Shown one piece after another: positions 52,491 to 64,000 of a stretch of 64,000 nucleotides of DNA. Made by a program: the position numbers and the translations under genes. The notes beneath the pieces are model-generated. The model did not search any database, was not told the origin of the DNA, and saw only the letters and a program-made list of their open reading frames with translations. The DNA comes from Mobula hypostoma (taxonomy: Eukaryota), in NCBI RefSeq assembly GCF_963921235.1, contig NC_086110.1:558001-622000 (forward strand), read 5' to 3'. Within the stretch, counting starts at the first letter, position 1; each line of letters begins with the position of its first letter.

Positions 52491-55120
52491 ACATAGAACA
52501 TATAACATAGAATACCACAGACCCTTCGGCCCACAATGTTGTGCCGATCCTCAAACCCTGCCTCCCATATAACCCCCCAACTTAAATTCCTCCATATACC
52601 TGTCTAGTAGTCTCTTAAACTTCACGAGTGTATTTGCCCCCACCACTGACTCAGGGAGTGCATTCCACGCACCAACCACTCGGTGAATAAAAAACCTTCC
52701 TCTAATACCCCCCTTGAACTTCCCGCCCCTTAACTTAAAGCCATGTCCTCATGTATTGAGCAGTGGTGCCCTGGGGAAGAGGCGCTAGCTGTCCACTCTA
52801 TCTATTCCTCTTATTATCTTGTACACCTCTATCATGTCTCCTCTCATCCTCCTTCTCTGCAAAGAGTAAAGTCCTAGCTCCCTCAATCTCTGATCATAAT
52901 GCATACTCTGTAAAACAGGCAGCATCCTGGTAATTCTCCTCTGCACCCTTTCCAATGCTTCCACATCCTTCCTATAGTGAGGCGACCAGAATTGGACACA
53001 GTACTCCAAGTGTGGCCTAACCAGAGTTTTATAGAGCTGCATCATTACATCGCGACTCTTAAACTCTATCCCTCGACTTATGAAAGCTAACACTCCATAA
53101 GCTTTCTTAACTATCCTATCCACCTGTGAGGCAACTTTCAGGAATCTGTGGACATGTGCCCCAGATCTCTCTGCTCCCCCACACTACCATTCATCCTGCC
53201 ACTTACTTTGTACTCTGCATTGGAGTTTATCTTTCCAAAATGTACCACCTCACACTTCTACGGGGTGAATTCCATCTGCTACTTCTCAGCCCACTTCTGC
53301 ATCATGTCAATGTCTGTCTGCAATCTTCGACAATCCTCTACACTATCTACAACACCACCAACCTTTGTGTCGTCTGCAAACTTGCCAACCCACCCTTTCA
53401 ACCCCACATCCAGTTCGTTAATAAAAATCACGAAAAGTACAGATCCAAGAACAGATCCTTGTGGGACACCACTAGTCACAATCCTCCAATCTGAATGCAC
53501 TCCCTCCACCACGACCCTCTACCCTCTGCAGGCAAGCAAATTCTGAATCCACCTGGCCAAACTTCCCTGGATCCCATTCCTTCTGACTTTCTGAAGGTAC
53601 CGTGTGGTACCTTGTCAAATGCCTTACTAAAATCCATAAAGATCAGATCCACTGCACTTCCTTCATCTATATGCCTGGTCACCTCCTCAAAGAACATTAT
53701 CAGGCTTGTTAAACACGATCTGCCCTTCACAACGCAATGCTGACTGTCCCTGATCAGACCATGATTCTCTAAATGCCCATAGACCCTATCTCGAAGAATC
53801 TTTTCCAACAGCTTTCCCACAACAGACGCAAGGCTCACTGGTCTATAATTACCCGGACTATCCCTACTACCTTTTTTGAACAAGGGGACGATATTCGCCT
53901 CCCTCCAATCCTCTGGTACCATTCCTGTGGACAACGAGGACATAAAGATCCTAGCCTGAGACTTAGTAATCTCTTCCCTTGTCTCACGGAGCAGCCTGGG
54001 GGAATATTCCGTCAGGCACCGGGGACCTATCCGTCCTAATGTATTTTAACAGTTCCAACACATCCTCTCCCTTAATATTAGCATGCTCAAGAACATCAAC
54101 CTCACTCATATTGTCCTCTCCATCATCAAATTCCCTCTCATTGGTGAATACCGAAGAGAAGTATTCATTGCGGACCTCGCTCACTTCCAGAGCCTCCAGG
54201 CACATCTTCGCACCTTTATCTCTAATCAGTCCTACATTCACTCATGTCATCCTTTTGTTCTTCACATAATTGAAGAATGTCTTGGGGTTTTCCTTTACCT
54301 TACTCGCCAAGGCCTTCTCATGCCCCCTTCTTGCTCTTCGCAGCCCCTTCCTAAACTCCTTTCTTGCTTCCCTATATTCCTCAATAGACCCATCTGATCC
54401 TTGCTTCCTAAACCTCATGTATGCTGCCTTCTTCCACCTGACTAGATATTCCACCTCACTTGTGACCCATGGTTACTTCACCCTACCATTCTTTATCTTC
54501 CTCACCGGGACAAGTTTATCCCTTACGTCTTCCAAGAGATATCTAAACATCGACCACATGTCCATGGTACATTTCCCTTCAAAAACATCTTCCCAATTCA
54601 CACCCGCAGGTTCTAGCCTACTAGCCTCATAATTTGCCCTTCCCCAATTAAAAAAAAACTGTCCTCTCTGATTCTATCCTTTTGTATGATAATGCTAAAG
54701 GCCAGGGAGTGGTCGTCACTGTCCCCCAAGTGCTCACCCACTGAGAGTTCTGTGACCTGATCCTGTTCATTTCCTAGTAATAGATTTAGTATGGCATTTC
54801 CCATAGTCGTCGTGTCCACATACTGTGACAGGAATTCGTCCTGGACACATTTACCAAACTCTGCCCCATATAAACCCTTGAACCTGATCAGGTGCCAATC
54901 AATATTAGGGAAGTTAAAGTCACCCATGACAACAACACTGATATATTTGCACCTTTCCAAAATCCGCCACCCAATCTGCTCCTCTGTGTCTCTGCTGCTA
55001 CCAGGGGGCCTATACAATACCCCCAATAGAGTAACTGCTTCCTTCCTGTTCCTGACTTCCACCCATACTGACTCAAAAGAAGATCCTGCTTCATTACCCA
55101 TCTTTGCTGTAACTGTAATA
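52491..55120 (-). mobile_element. CR1-type LINE ORF2 (APE plus RT), frameshifted and 5'-truncated
   Basis: VVMGDFNFPNIDW APE; DFSKAFDKVPH, GVPQGSVLG and FADD RT; CATAGAA tail; inserted in the Tc1 TIR with flanking attac repeats. Confidence 0.92.
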
Positions 55121-55553
55121 GTATTACATTTTTATTTCCATCTTTTACAGTTTCCAAATAACAAAAGGGCCTGAAACAAAAGATTGGCCACCCTGCTTGG
55201 TCAGTACTTACTAACAACCCCTTTGGCAAGTATCACAGCTTGTAAACGCTTTTTGCAGACAGCTAAGAGTCTTTCCATTCTTCTTTGGGGGATTTCCACC
55301 CATGACATACCCCGTAACGTGCTTAAAAGAACCAGTAAAATGGAAGACACCTGGAGTGTGGTTTTGCTGTTAACTAACACTATTGTATTAGTAACTACGT
55401 AATAGAGTAACATAAAGCCAGAAAATCAAACAGGTTAGTATTTATTCATATATGGGTGTTTAAATACAAAACCCAAACTTCTTCAAACTTAGATGGTAAT
55501 TGATACAGTCTTACGATAGTGTGGTAAGGATGTTCAGTTCTGTCCACGGGATT

Positions 55554-55555
<2 letters not shown>

Positions 55556-55598
<43 letters not shown>
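55556..55598. repeat. (GA)n microsatellite
   Basis: direct reading. Confidence 0.95.
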
Positions 55599-55600
<2 letters not shown>

Positions 55601-57019
55601 CGTAATCCAAGTAGACAGGTGTCGTCGATCCTCTTCGATGCCCTCCCAAACTTCCAAGTTGGCCAAACGTGACCAACTTCAGAGCGCCGTTTTCAAGTGA
55701 TAATCTACCAAACCAGGCAAGTGTTAGACACACTGGTAGACTTCACAGGGTCGCTCTTTCATGCACTAATAATCACAGATCGATTCCACTTAATCGATCC
55801 TTAGTCCCTGTATCATTGTCCTGTTGTAGAAGCCATCCTCTTTTTATCTTCAGCTTCTTTACAGACGGTGTGATGTTTGCTTCCAGAAATTGCTGGTATT
55901 AATTGAATTCATTCTTCCCCCTACAAGTGAAATGTTCCCCATGTCACTGGCTGTAATACAAAGCCCAAAACATGCTTAGTCCAACCCCGCGCTTAACAGT
56001 TGGAGAGGGGTACTTTTCATCCAATTCTACATCCTTTGTTCTCCAAAACCTTTCCGGCATCCTCACCACAAACGTCAGCGTCACACGTTTGAAAAGTAAC
56101 ATCTAAACAAGCGTGATGCATTTTGAAAACAAGTTCTGTCGACTGATGAAGTTAAAATAGAACTTTATGGCCACAATAAGCAAAGGTATGCTTGGGAAAA
56201 ACGTGTGGAGAATTTCATGAAAAGAACACCTCTCCATCTGTTAAGCACGGGGGTGGATCGATCATGCTTTGAGCTTGTGTTGCAGCCGGGGGCACGGGAA
56301 GGATTTCAATAGTTAGGGAAGAACGAATTCAATTAAATACCAGCAAATAATGGAAGCAAACATCACACCGTCTGCAAAAAAGCAGAAGAGGAAAAGAGGA
56401 TGGTTTCTACAACAGGATAATGATCTTAAACACGCATTAAAATCGAAAACGGACTACCTTAAGAGGCGCAAGCTGAAAGTTTCGCCATTACCCTTACAGT
56501 CTCCCGACCTACACATCATCGAAAATTTATGGATAGACCTCAAAGGAGCAGTGTGTTCAAGATTGCCCAAGAATATCGCAGAACTACAAGCCTTTTGCAT
56601 GGAGGATTGGCGAAAATCTCCCCAACAACGGAAGGACACTTAGCTGGCTACAAAAAGCGATTACGAGCTGTGACACTTGCCAAAGGGGGTGTTTCTATGT
56701 ACTGACCATGTAGGGTGCCCAAACTTTTATTTCGTGACCTTTTATTTTTTTGTTATTTTGAAACTGCAAACGATGGAAATGAAAAAGTAATCCTGTTTAA
56801 ATTTTAAATAAATGTGTCATCTTTAACTCGCTTAGTTATGCACAGTAACATAAATTTTGACTGGGGTGTCAAAACTTTTGCATGGCACTGTATATCTCTA
56901 CAGACTTGCTAGTATCTTTGATAACATGCCGAATCTCTTCAAACTCCAAATCAAATATAGTTTCTGCCATGCCTTCCTTGTAATTGCATCGATATGATGA
57001 TGACATAAAAATATAATAT

Positions 57020-57845
57020 ATATAAAGACCATAAGACCATAAGATAAAGGAGCAGAATTCGTCCATTTGGCCCATCGAGTCTGCTCGGCCATTTTATTAT
57101 GAGTTGATCCATTCTCCAATTTAGTCCCACTCCCCGCCTTCTCACCATAACCTTTCATGCCCTGACTGCTCAGATACATATCAATCTCTGCCTTAAATAC
57201 ACCCAATTACTTGGCTCCACTGCCGCCTGTGGCAACAAATTCCATAGATTCACCACCCTCTGGCTAAAATAAAAATCTTCGCATCTCTGTTCTGAATGGG
57301 CGCCCTTCAATCCTTAAGTCATGCCGTCTCGTTCCAGACTCCCCCATCATGGGAAACAACTTTGCCACATCCACTCTGTCCATGCCTTTCAACATTCAGA
57401 ATGTTTCTATGAGGTCCCCCTCATTCTTCTAAACTCCAAGGAATACAGTCCGAGAGCGGACAAACGCACCTCACATGTTAACCCTCTCATTCCCGGACTC
57501 ATTCTAGTGAATCTTCTCTGTACCCTCCACAACATCAGCACATCCTTTCTTAAAAAAAGAGACCAAAAGTGCCCACAGTACTCCAAGTGAGGTCTTACAA
57601 GCGCCTTATAGAGCCTCAACATCACATTCCTGCGCCTGTACTCTATTCCTCTAGAAATAAATGCCAACATTGCATTCGCCCTCTTCACCACCGAGTCAAC
57701 CTGGAGTTTAACCTTAAGGGTATCCTGCACGAGGACTCCCCTGTCCTGTTGCATCTCAGAAGTTTGAATTCTCTTCCCATTTAAATAATAGTCTGTTCGT
57801 TTATTTCTTCTGCCAATGTGCATAACCATACACTTTGCAAGTGTA
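57020..57845 (-). mobile_element. CR1-type LINE 3' fragment
   Basis: YKALVRPHLEYC...RVQRRFTRM; aagaccataagaccataag tail. Confidence 0.85.
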
Positions 57846-57847
57846 CG

Positions 57848-57867
57848 TGTGTGTGTGTGTGTGTGTG
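57848..57867. repeat. (GT)n microsatellite
   Basis: direct reading. Confidence 0.9.
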
Positions 57868-58389
57868 TATACTAACGAAATAAATAGAAGAGCGTCTAGT
57901 GCTGAATTCTGACAGATTATGATGTCGACACGTTCTAAAGATGATGCCCATGTCGTGGGATCTGACGACGTCGACACCATAGTCTCTCAAATATTAGCAC
58001 CATCGACTGTCCTAAACATTACTTTGTTAGTACGAATGCCCAAATAGAAAATTATGGGCCTCAAGTAAAATGATTCACGCAGGTTCAGTCCGATTAGGTA
58101 AAAATATCAAATGCAACAGGAACTTCAACAGCTCCTGAATAAGACCATAAGACCATAAGACACAGAGTAGAATTAAGCCATCTGGCCCATCGAGTCTGCT
58201 CTGCTTTATTTTCTCCTCCTCAACTCCAGTTCCCGGCCTTGTCCCCGTAACCTTTGATGCCATGCTCAATCAAGAATCAATCCATCTCTGCCTTAAATAC
58301 AACCAATGACCTGGCCTCCACAGCTATAAGTGGCAACAAATTCCACAAAATCGCGACCTTTTGTCTCCTTTCCTTTTTTCACTCTAAAA

Positions 58390-58550
58390 TTGTACAAAAC
58401 AACAATAATACTCTAAACTTAAAATGTTGAAACGAATGTTTCATATTTAACTTTATGACTTTTGGAGATCAGCTCATCTTGTACTCACTTAACTATTCAC
58501 AGTAAAATAAATTTTGACCAGGGGTGTCCAAACAATTACATGCCACTGCA
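58390..58550 (+). mobile_element. Tc1 terminal inverted repeat fragment
   Basis: aattttgaccaggggtgtcc...catgccactg matches the same TIR family. Confidence 0.65.
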
Positions 58551-58689
58551 CTAGCTACTGACCTAACCTTTATTTTGTTAGTATTAATGTCCAATTAGAA
58601 AATGACTGGACTCAAGTAAAATGATTCACGCAGATTCAGCCTGATTAGTTAAAATATCAAATGTAGTGTCTTGGGGGTTCCTGAATAAG

Positions 58690-59190
58690 ACCAGAAGACC
58701 ATAACACATAGGAGCAGAATTAAGCCATCTGGCCCATCGAGTTTGCTCTGCCGTTCAACCATGCCTATCATTTATTTTCTTCTCCTGAACTCCAGTTCCC
58801 GGCCTTCTTCCCGTAACTTTTGATGCCATGTTCAATCAAGAGCCTGTCCATCTCTGCCTTAAATACACCTAATGAATTGGCCTACACAGCGATATGCAGA
58901 AAAAAAAAAAATCCACAAATTCACAACTTTCGGCTATAGAACATTCTCCGGCTCTCGGTCTGGAAGGGCGCCCGTCTATCCTGAGGCTTTGCTGTCTTGT
59001 CCGAGACTCTCCGACCACGGGAAACATCATTTCCACATCAACTTTGTCTAGGCCTTTCAACATTCGAAAGGTTTCAGTGAGATCCCCCTCAGCCTTTTGA
59101 ATTCCAGCAAGTGCAGACCCAGAGCCATCAAACTTCCCTCGTGTGAGACAGCTTTCATTCCTGGAATCGTCCTTGTGAAACTCCTCTGAA
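58690..59190 (-). mobile_element. CR1-type LINE 3' fragment
   Basis: GDLTETFRMLKGLD...SRTR motif and tail. Confidence 0.75.
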
Positions 59191-59383
59191 TAAATATATC
59201 GCTGAAGATGCTGCACTACATAAGCCAGAGATACAAAACAAAAATGAACCATGCGATCCTAGAACATAAGGTGTTACACGCAAAGTGACAGCCATCCTGT
59301 TGCTCTAATTATGTGCTACTGATATTGGATGTATGTACAGAATATGTAAACCCTTGTATATGTCATAATAATATTAATCTTAC

Positions 59384-59430
59384 CTGATTTTCCTGGTAGC
59401 GACTTAAGTTCTCATCATTTTCCGCTGCGA
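59384..59430 (-). CDS. Gene B: cytoplasmic exon 1
   Basis: tttttatttcctctag| acceptor and CAG|gtaaga donor; 47 nt, phase 1-0; VAAENDENLSRYQENQ. Confidence 0.75.
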
Positions 59431-59913
59431 CTAGAGGAAATAAAAAGTGACCAATTTCATCCTCAGCATGTGAACAGGCGCACCGAATCTTATTGAATAT
59501 TCCAGCAGCTACCAGATCCGTTCGAAATAGGCCAGTGATCTGATGCCATTTTGTCATTTTATCAAACCACCCAATGCTGATATTACTGCTGATAAAAATT
59601 CACCTAGTGTACTGGGTAGAATTATTCAGACTCTGTGGCTTACTTATGTTGTCCTGCGGCAAAGAACACGCTAAATTTGTAACACTTCTTGCAGAGTTAA
59701 CAATACCGTTTTTAGTTGTTGCAAAATTCAGTAACATTGAGTAAAATGCGTTTTACATCTTGTTCTGCACACAACACTCAGCTGTCAGATAGACTCTCAA
59801 GCACATCTACCTAAACCTATTTCTCCTCATGGATGCTTTACCCTTCTCACAGCCATTTCAACTCCAATATGCTAGTGAAACTAAATATGGGCCAGGGCGA
59901 TGTAACGTCTTAC

Positions 59914-60024
59914 CTTCAGTCCTGTCTACTCTGAAACGCCTGATAAGTAACAACAGCGCGAGGATAATGACTCCGCAGGCTGCAAGTGCACCCGTCAGGA
60001 TGAAGATGAACTGGTGTCTGCTTT
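59914..60024 (-). CDS. Gene B: uncharged transmembrane exon
   Basis: cacacctcag| acceptor and G|gtaag donor; 111 nt, phase 1-1; ESRHQFIFILTGALAACGVIILALLLLIRRFRVDRTE, with a basic stop-transfer cluster. Confidence 0.85.
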
Positions 60025-61099
60025 CTGAGGTGTGCAATAGAAGTCAAGCATTAGCATTTTACAGAGATTAAACAATTGAATCACGTGCATCACCGTCGTA
60101 AAGAAACCGATCCATATTTTCTTTCACATCTTGACCTCATTGCCTTAGTAATAAATCACAAATTGAAATTAAAAAGTGGATTATACGTAGAACATTAAGT
60201 AATAACATCAACATTTAATTCCTCTTGTTGTCATCTATAATTCTGTACTGTTGAATAAGTTGACAAGGCATGAATTGAAGCGAGGGCTGGAAAATATACA
60301 CAAGCGATCTCAGGTCAAAGAATAAGATGGCGCAAAACAGAATTTCTAGGTCGTGTTGTGAATTGTGCCGGCAAAGTTTAGCAGATACGTACTCTGATAT
60401 AATGAACAGGCAGGCTAACATAAGGTGTAGCAGCTTAGTGTGCAGAACTTGTGATAGCAACATGTTGTTTTAAACCAGATGAAGGGAAAAACTGCTTACG
60501 TTTATTGATAATAACATGTCAGGGTAAGTTGCGAAGTTGATAATAAGGATTATGCCATTCGTCGGTAGAAATATGGAATCTAAAAGAAGTGAAGTGAACC
60601 CTAATGCTGCATTTTCATTAAACTATGGTCTGTGATATTGTAATATTGTGCTCCAGTATAGTGAGAATGTGACGCGTTAGAGAGGATCCAGGAAAGTCTA
60701 TTTCTGTTAGAGATAAAGTCGAAAGTGCATGCATTCTTCACTTTGCTCCGTCGTGGAGGAGATGACTGAAGACCCACGCACACCGATTGTGAAACATTTT
60801 CTTTCCTTACGCGAACATTTTTGTACTACTGATTTATATATGTAACTTGTAGTAGCTCGATGACTGCGTTGTACTGCTGCCAAACAAAAACGCATTTCAG
60901 GTCATATAATTCAGTGATCATATAATTCAGTGAATCTGATTGTGCAAAGTGGAGCTCAGATAAAATAAGATTAAAAAAAAACAAGTCTGCATTGCCGATA
61001 ACAGGGATTTAGAAAACCTTGATCTGCAAAAGTAAAGGAGTTACGCCATTTATTTTTGCATATTATTCCATGAAGCAGGAAACAGCAGCAGGATAATAT

Positions 61100-64000
61100 G
61101 ATATCTCACTCTTCGTTGCATAGCCAGTGCCTTACATTTCCCTTTCCCCCTTTGAATATGTCCCCTTCCTCTCTGTTTGTGATGAATTGATAAATGCCAG
61201 ACATAAAACATGCGGTTGAGAATATAAGCCTCTTACCTAGTCCGATTCTATATGACTCGGAGGCTGGCGCCTTCATAGATTCATGAAACACATGGCAAGT
61301 ATAAACAGACCAGCTTTCTATTACATTAAGGGAGCTTGAAACTAGATATAATCCCTCCTTGTTCTGCATTTGTGTGGTATGTATTCCAGAAGTGATTTCG
61401 ACTTCATTTTTATACCATATGAGCTCATAGCCCTTCGGAAAAAAAGCAGCAGTTGTGCACGTCAGAGCCACGGAAGGAACGTTCACTTCGGTGATTTTCA
61501 ACGGCGCCGGCGGAACTGCAAATGGTTGAAAAAGAGGTAAAATCTCTAAACGCGCCTTTATCAGAGAAAATAATCGCTGACAGAAAAATATACTTCACAA
61601 CTTGGAGTGTTAATTTGAATTTAACTTGAAAACATTCATCCCAAGTCAAGCAGTTTACGTATTTTAGCATGACGTTTTATGTGGCGATATACATTTTCAT
61701 TAGTTTTTATTTTTTCATTGAATAGAACACTGAAGTTTCAGGTGAAGGTATCAAGGATAAATTAAATAAAAGCTTTCTGCGTTACCCCATGACTCCGTGA
61801 CCACTATTTATTTATCTTTATTCCACATGCAAAAAGCTACAATAAGATTAGTTTGTTTCTGTTAGTTTGTCTAATCTTAAATTCACATTTTATAAATTAT
61901 TGAATTTACATTGTGAGAACTTTCTGCTCGTTCTTTAATGTGTTGTGCTGTAAAACATTTCGGCTTAGGTCTTCGTAATTCTTCTAATGTTCCATATGTC
62001 GTAATTGTTATACGTCAAAACAACAGAACCCCACTACCAATTGCACAAACAAATGAATTATTTCTGGAAATACTGAATTCAGTTTGAATCCCATTATATT
62101 TTTCATCGACTTTTCATACCGATTGAAAATATATGCAGGTTTAGTCACGTCAATAACCTTACAACGTGTTACATCGAAAAAATAATTTGATGGTAGAGCA
62201 AACTTCTCTTAGCTAACGTATTTTATAGTAATTGTGTTGTTATCAAGTGTTTATTTGCATTCTATCAGATCCTGCGTAATAATTATTTCATTCTCCTTTA
62301 TAATTGGGTACAGGAATTACATGAAGCAATCTTAAATCTTGAATTTGGGACCTTCACTGCAGATACCAGTTCCACATTTCGGATTAGTATTGGTTCCATA
62401 GAACCAATCAGGTGGGCGAGATTGAGTCAAAACAAAGCGAGGAAAGTTGATAACAAAACGCAGGTTAACTATTTTTGGAGAAACTTAAGGGAAGGAGGCT
62501 TTGGAAGCAAGGTGGGCTACACTATCTAGTATGATTAACGGCCAAAATCTTACAATGCAGAAGGACGTCCGAGATTTTGTTTAATGACATAATGATGCAA
62601 AATGATGCGGTGAGTAATTCATAATACAATAGTTGTGTTACTATCAAAAACCATTTAAGGAAAACAGCGTTCAATTAAGAATGTGATTCAGCAGCGACAG
62701 AATAACCCAAGAAGCTGATGGAACAAATCTCCTTCTTGTACACAGTGTAAATCCTACACTAGGTTTAATGAGAAAACCAGATCAATTTATAAACAGAAAT
62801 AAAAATGCCACTTTTAAATAAGGAAAAAGTGTTGTATCAACTGTTCCGTAACTGGCTTAATAATATGTTACTATTTAGAGGAAACGGAATAAAGGTATCT
62901 ATCTGAATGGACTGGAGGTGGAAATCAGTATATATGGAGAGGATATGGAACTTGTGCTTGTTGCAATGATTGGCTGAAAGTAGTTCGGCACAACATCATT
63001 CTGTATAATCGACAGGCATTGAAATGCTAACTGATCAGATTCCTATAAGGACAATAATTAAATATCTCAGAATTCATCACACATGCGATTGGTTATCCAA
63101 CAACGCTCTAATCTGTGTTGCATTAAGACTCCTTATTCCAACATGTGTACCCGGAACAAACCTGTTTGAAATACGAGAATCATCGGGAAATATTTAACAG
63201 TGCGATGTGTTCTATTTTCTACATTAAATTCGACCAAGGCTTAAACAGTAATTGGGAGTTCCATAGGGAGGGTTGACGTAAACAGAACCCTAGTGCCGCA
63301 CGTGGCTAATCCCTTAAGGTAGTGACACAGATGGGTAATGTGGTGAAGAAGACGATTTGAAATTCCTGCCTGCTGGTCAACAATTCGGACGTCAGAAATT
63401 GCACAAGTCGTTGCTAAGAACACACTAGAGATATTTTCCGCGGTTCCCTTGGCCTAGCCACAGCACAGATGTCATTAATCTGGTATGAATGCGTGCAACA
63501 CTGGGTCTGGAGGGTTTCATTTACATGGAGAATCTACGACTCTTGGTCTGCAGAGAAGGAGGTCGAAGGGTGATCTGATAGATGCTTATAAAGTTATAAG
63601 GACCTAGATAACATGGGTATTCAGAGTCTTCTTCCCAGATTCTCGGTGTCTGCAACTGGAGAGATAGACTTAAAATGAATGGCGTAGGTTTAAATTGAAC
63701 TTAAAACGTACCTTTTTCTACTCACTTGGCAGTTGGTACATGTAAAGGCATGCACAAGGAAGCTGAGGAAGCGTGATAAATGAAAATGCCCCCCCCCCCC
63801 AAAAAAAAAACATTCAGGCATGCGAATGAATTGCAAAAAAATCTGTTCAGGGATATTGTGGTTTGTTCGGCATTTCAGATTTGGGTTGAGAAGTGTCCGT
63901 CTTGGTTGTATACACCTACGAGTCGTGTGAAAAAAAAAATCAAATGATTTTTGTGCATTTTAATAATCTTTGAATTGCAGCGGTTAAAAAGGTTTCCTGC
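61100..64000. repeat. Segmental duplication, copy 2
   Basis: Colinear with about 16480-19313; the last bases (ttgcagcggttaaaa..gtttcctg) match 19290-19313. Confidence 0.95.
61237..61515 (-). CDS. Gene B: C1-set Ig domain exon (paralog of 16622-16900)
   Basis: ttgcag| acceptor and G|gtaag donor; 279 nt; 85 of 93 residues identical to the gene A C1 by manual alignment. Confidence 0.92.

Larger units (their letters stand above)
52375..56890. mobile_element. Rearranged (foldback) Tc1 with nested CR1 and a second insert
   Basis: Minus-strand 3' half at 55120-56040; plus-strand 3' half at 56050-56890 (LQQDNDLKH...QSPDLHIIENLW); ends CACTG|TA. Confidence 0.75.

Noticed and set aside
60215-60463. 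82-aa ORF with signal-peptide-like start inside the gene B intron
   Set aside because: No splice structure or homology; AT-rich intronic ORF of chance length.

Overview
This is vertebrate genomic DNA, most likely a cartilaginous fish. That assignment is inferred from the repeat landscape: abundant CR1-type LINEs with CATAGA/CATAAGAC tails, Penelope-like elements, Tc1 and Gypsy. Most of the window is decayed transposons, with a 140-nt assembly gap at 9132-9271. Manual splice-site reading recovers two tandem minus-strand immunoglobulin-superfamily receptor genes that the ORF track shows only in fragments. Gene A (22937->13831, complete, about 252 aa) has a leader, a germline-joined VJ-type V domain resembling NKp30, a C1-set domain, a transmembrane segment with an NLxR arginine and a tail of about 6 residues, i.e. 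activating type. Gene B (61515->49604, 5' end beyond the window) has a C1 exon 85/93 identical to gene A, an uncharged transmembrane segment and a tail of about 116 aa carrying YADL, ITIM (LMYACV) and ITSM (TEYAGI) motifs, i.e. inhibitory and SIRP-alpha-like. Their homology covers the V-C1 intron and C1 exon and breaks down just after C1, the hallmark of a paired activating/inhibitory receptor family. Other notable items: an IRF/CRE composite promoter element, a near-complete CsRn1-lineage Gypsy element, a 37-bp stop-free minisatellite in a solo LTR-like insert, a core-intact Penelope hammerhead ribozyme upstream of the first Tyr-motif tail exon of gene B, and a rearranged Tc1 composite. Exon models are read by eye and lack transcript support; TE boundaries are approximate unless termini are quoted.
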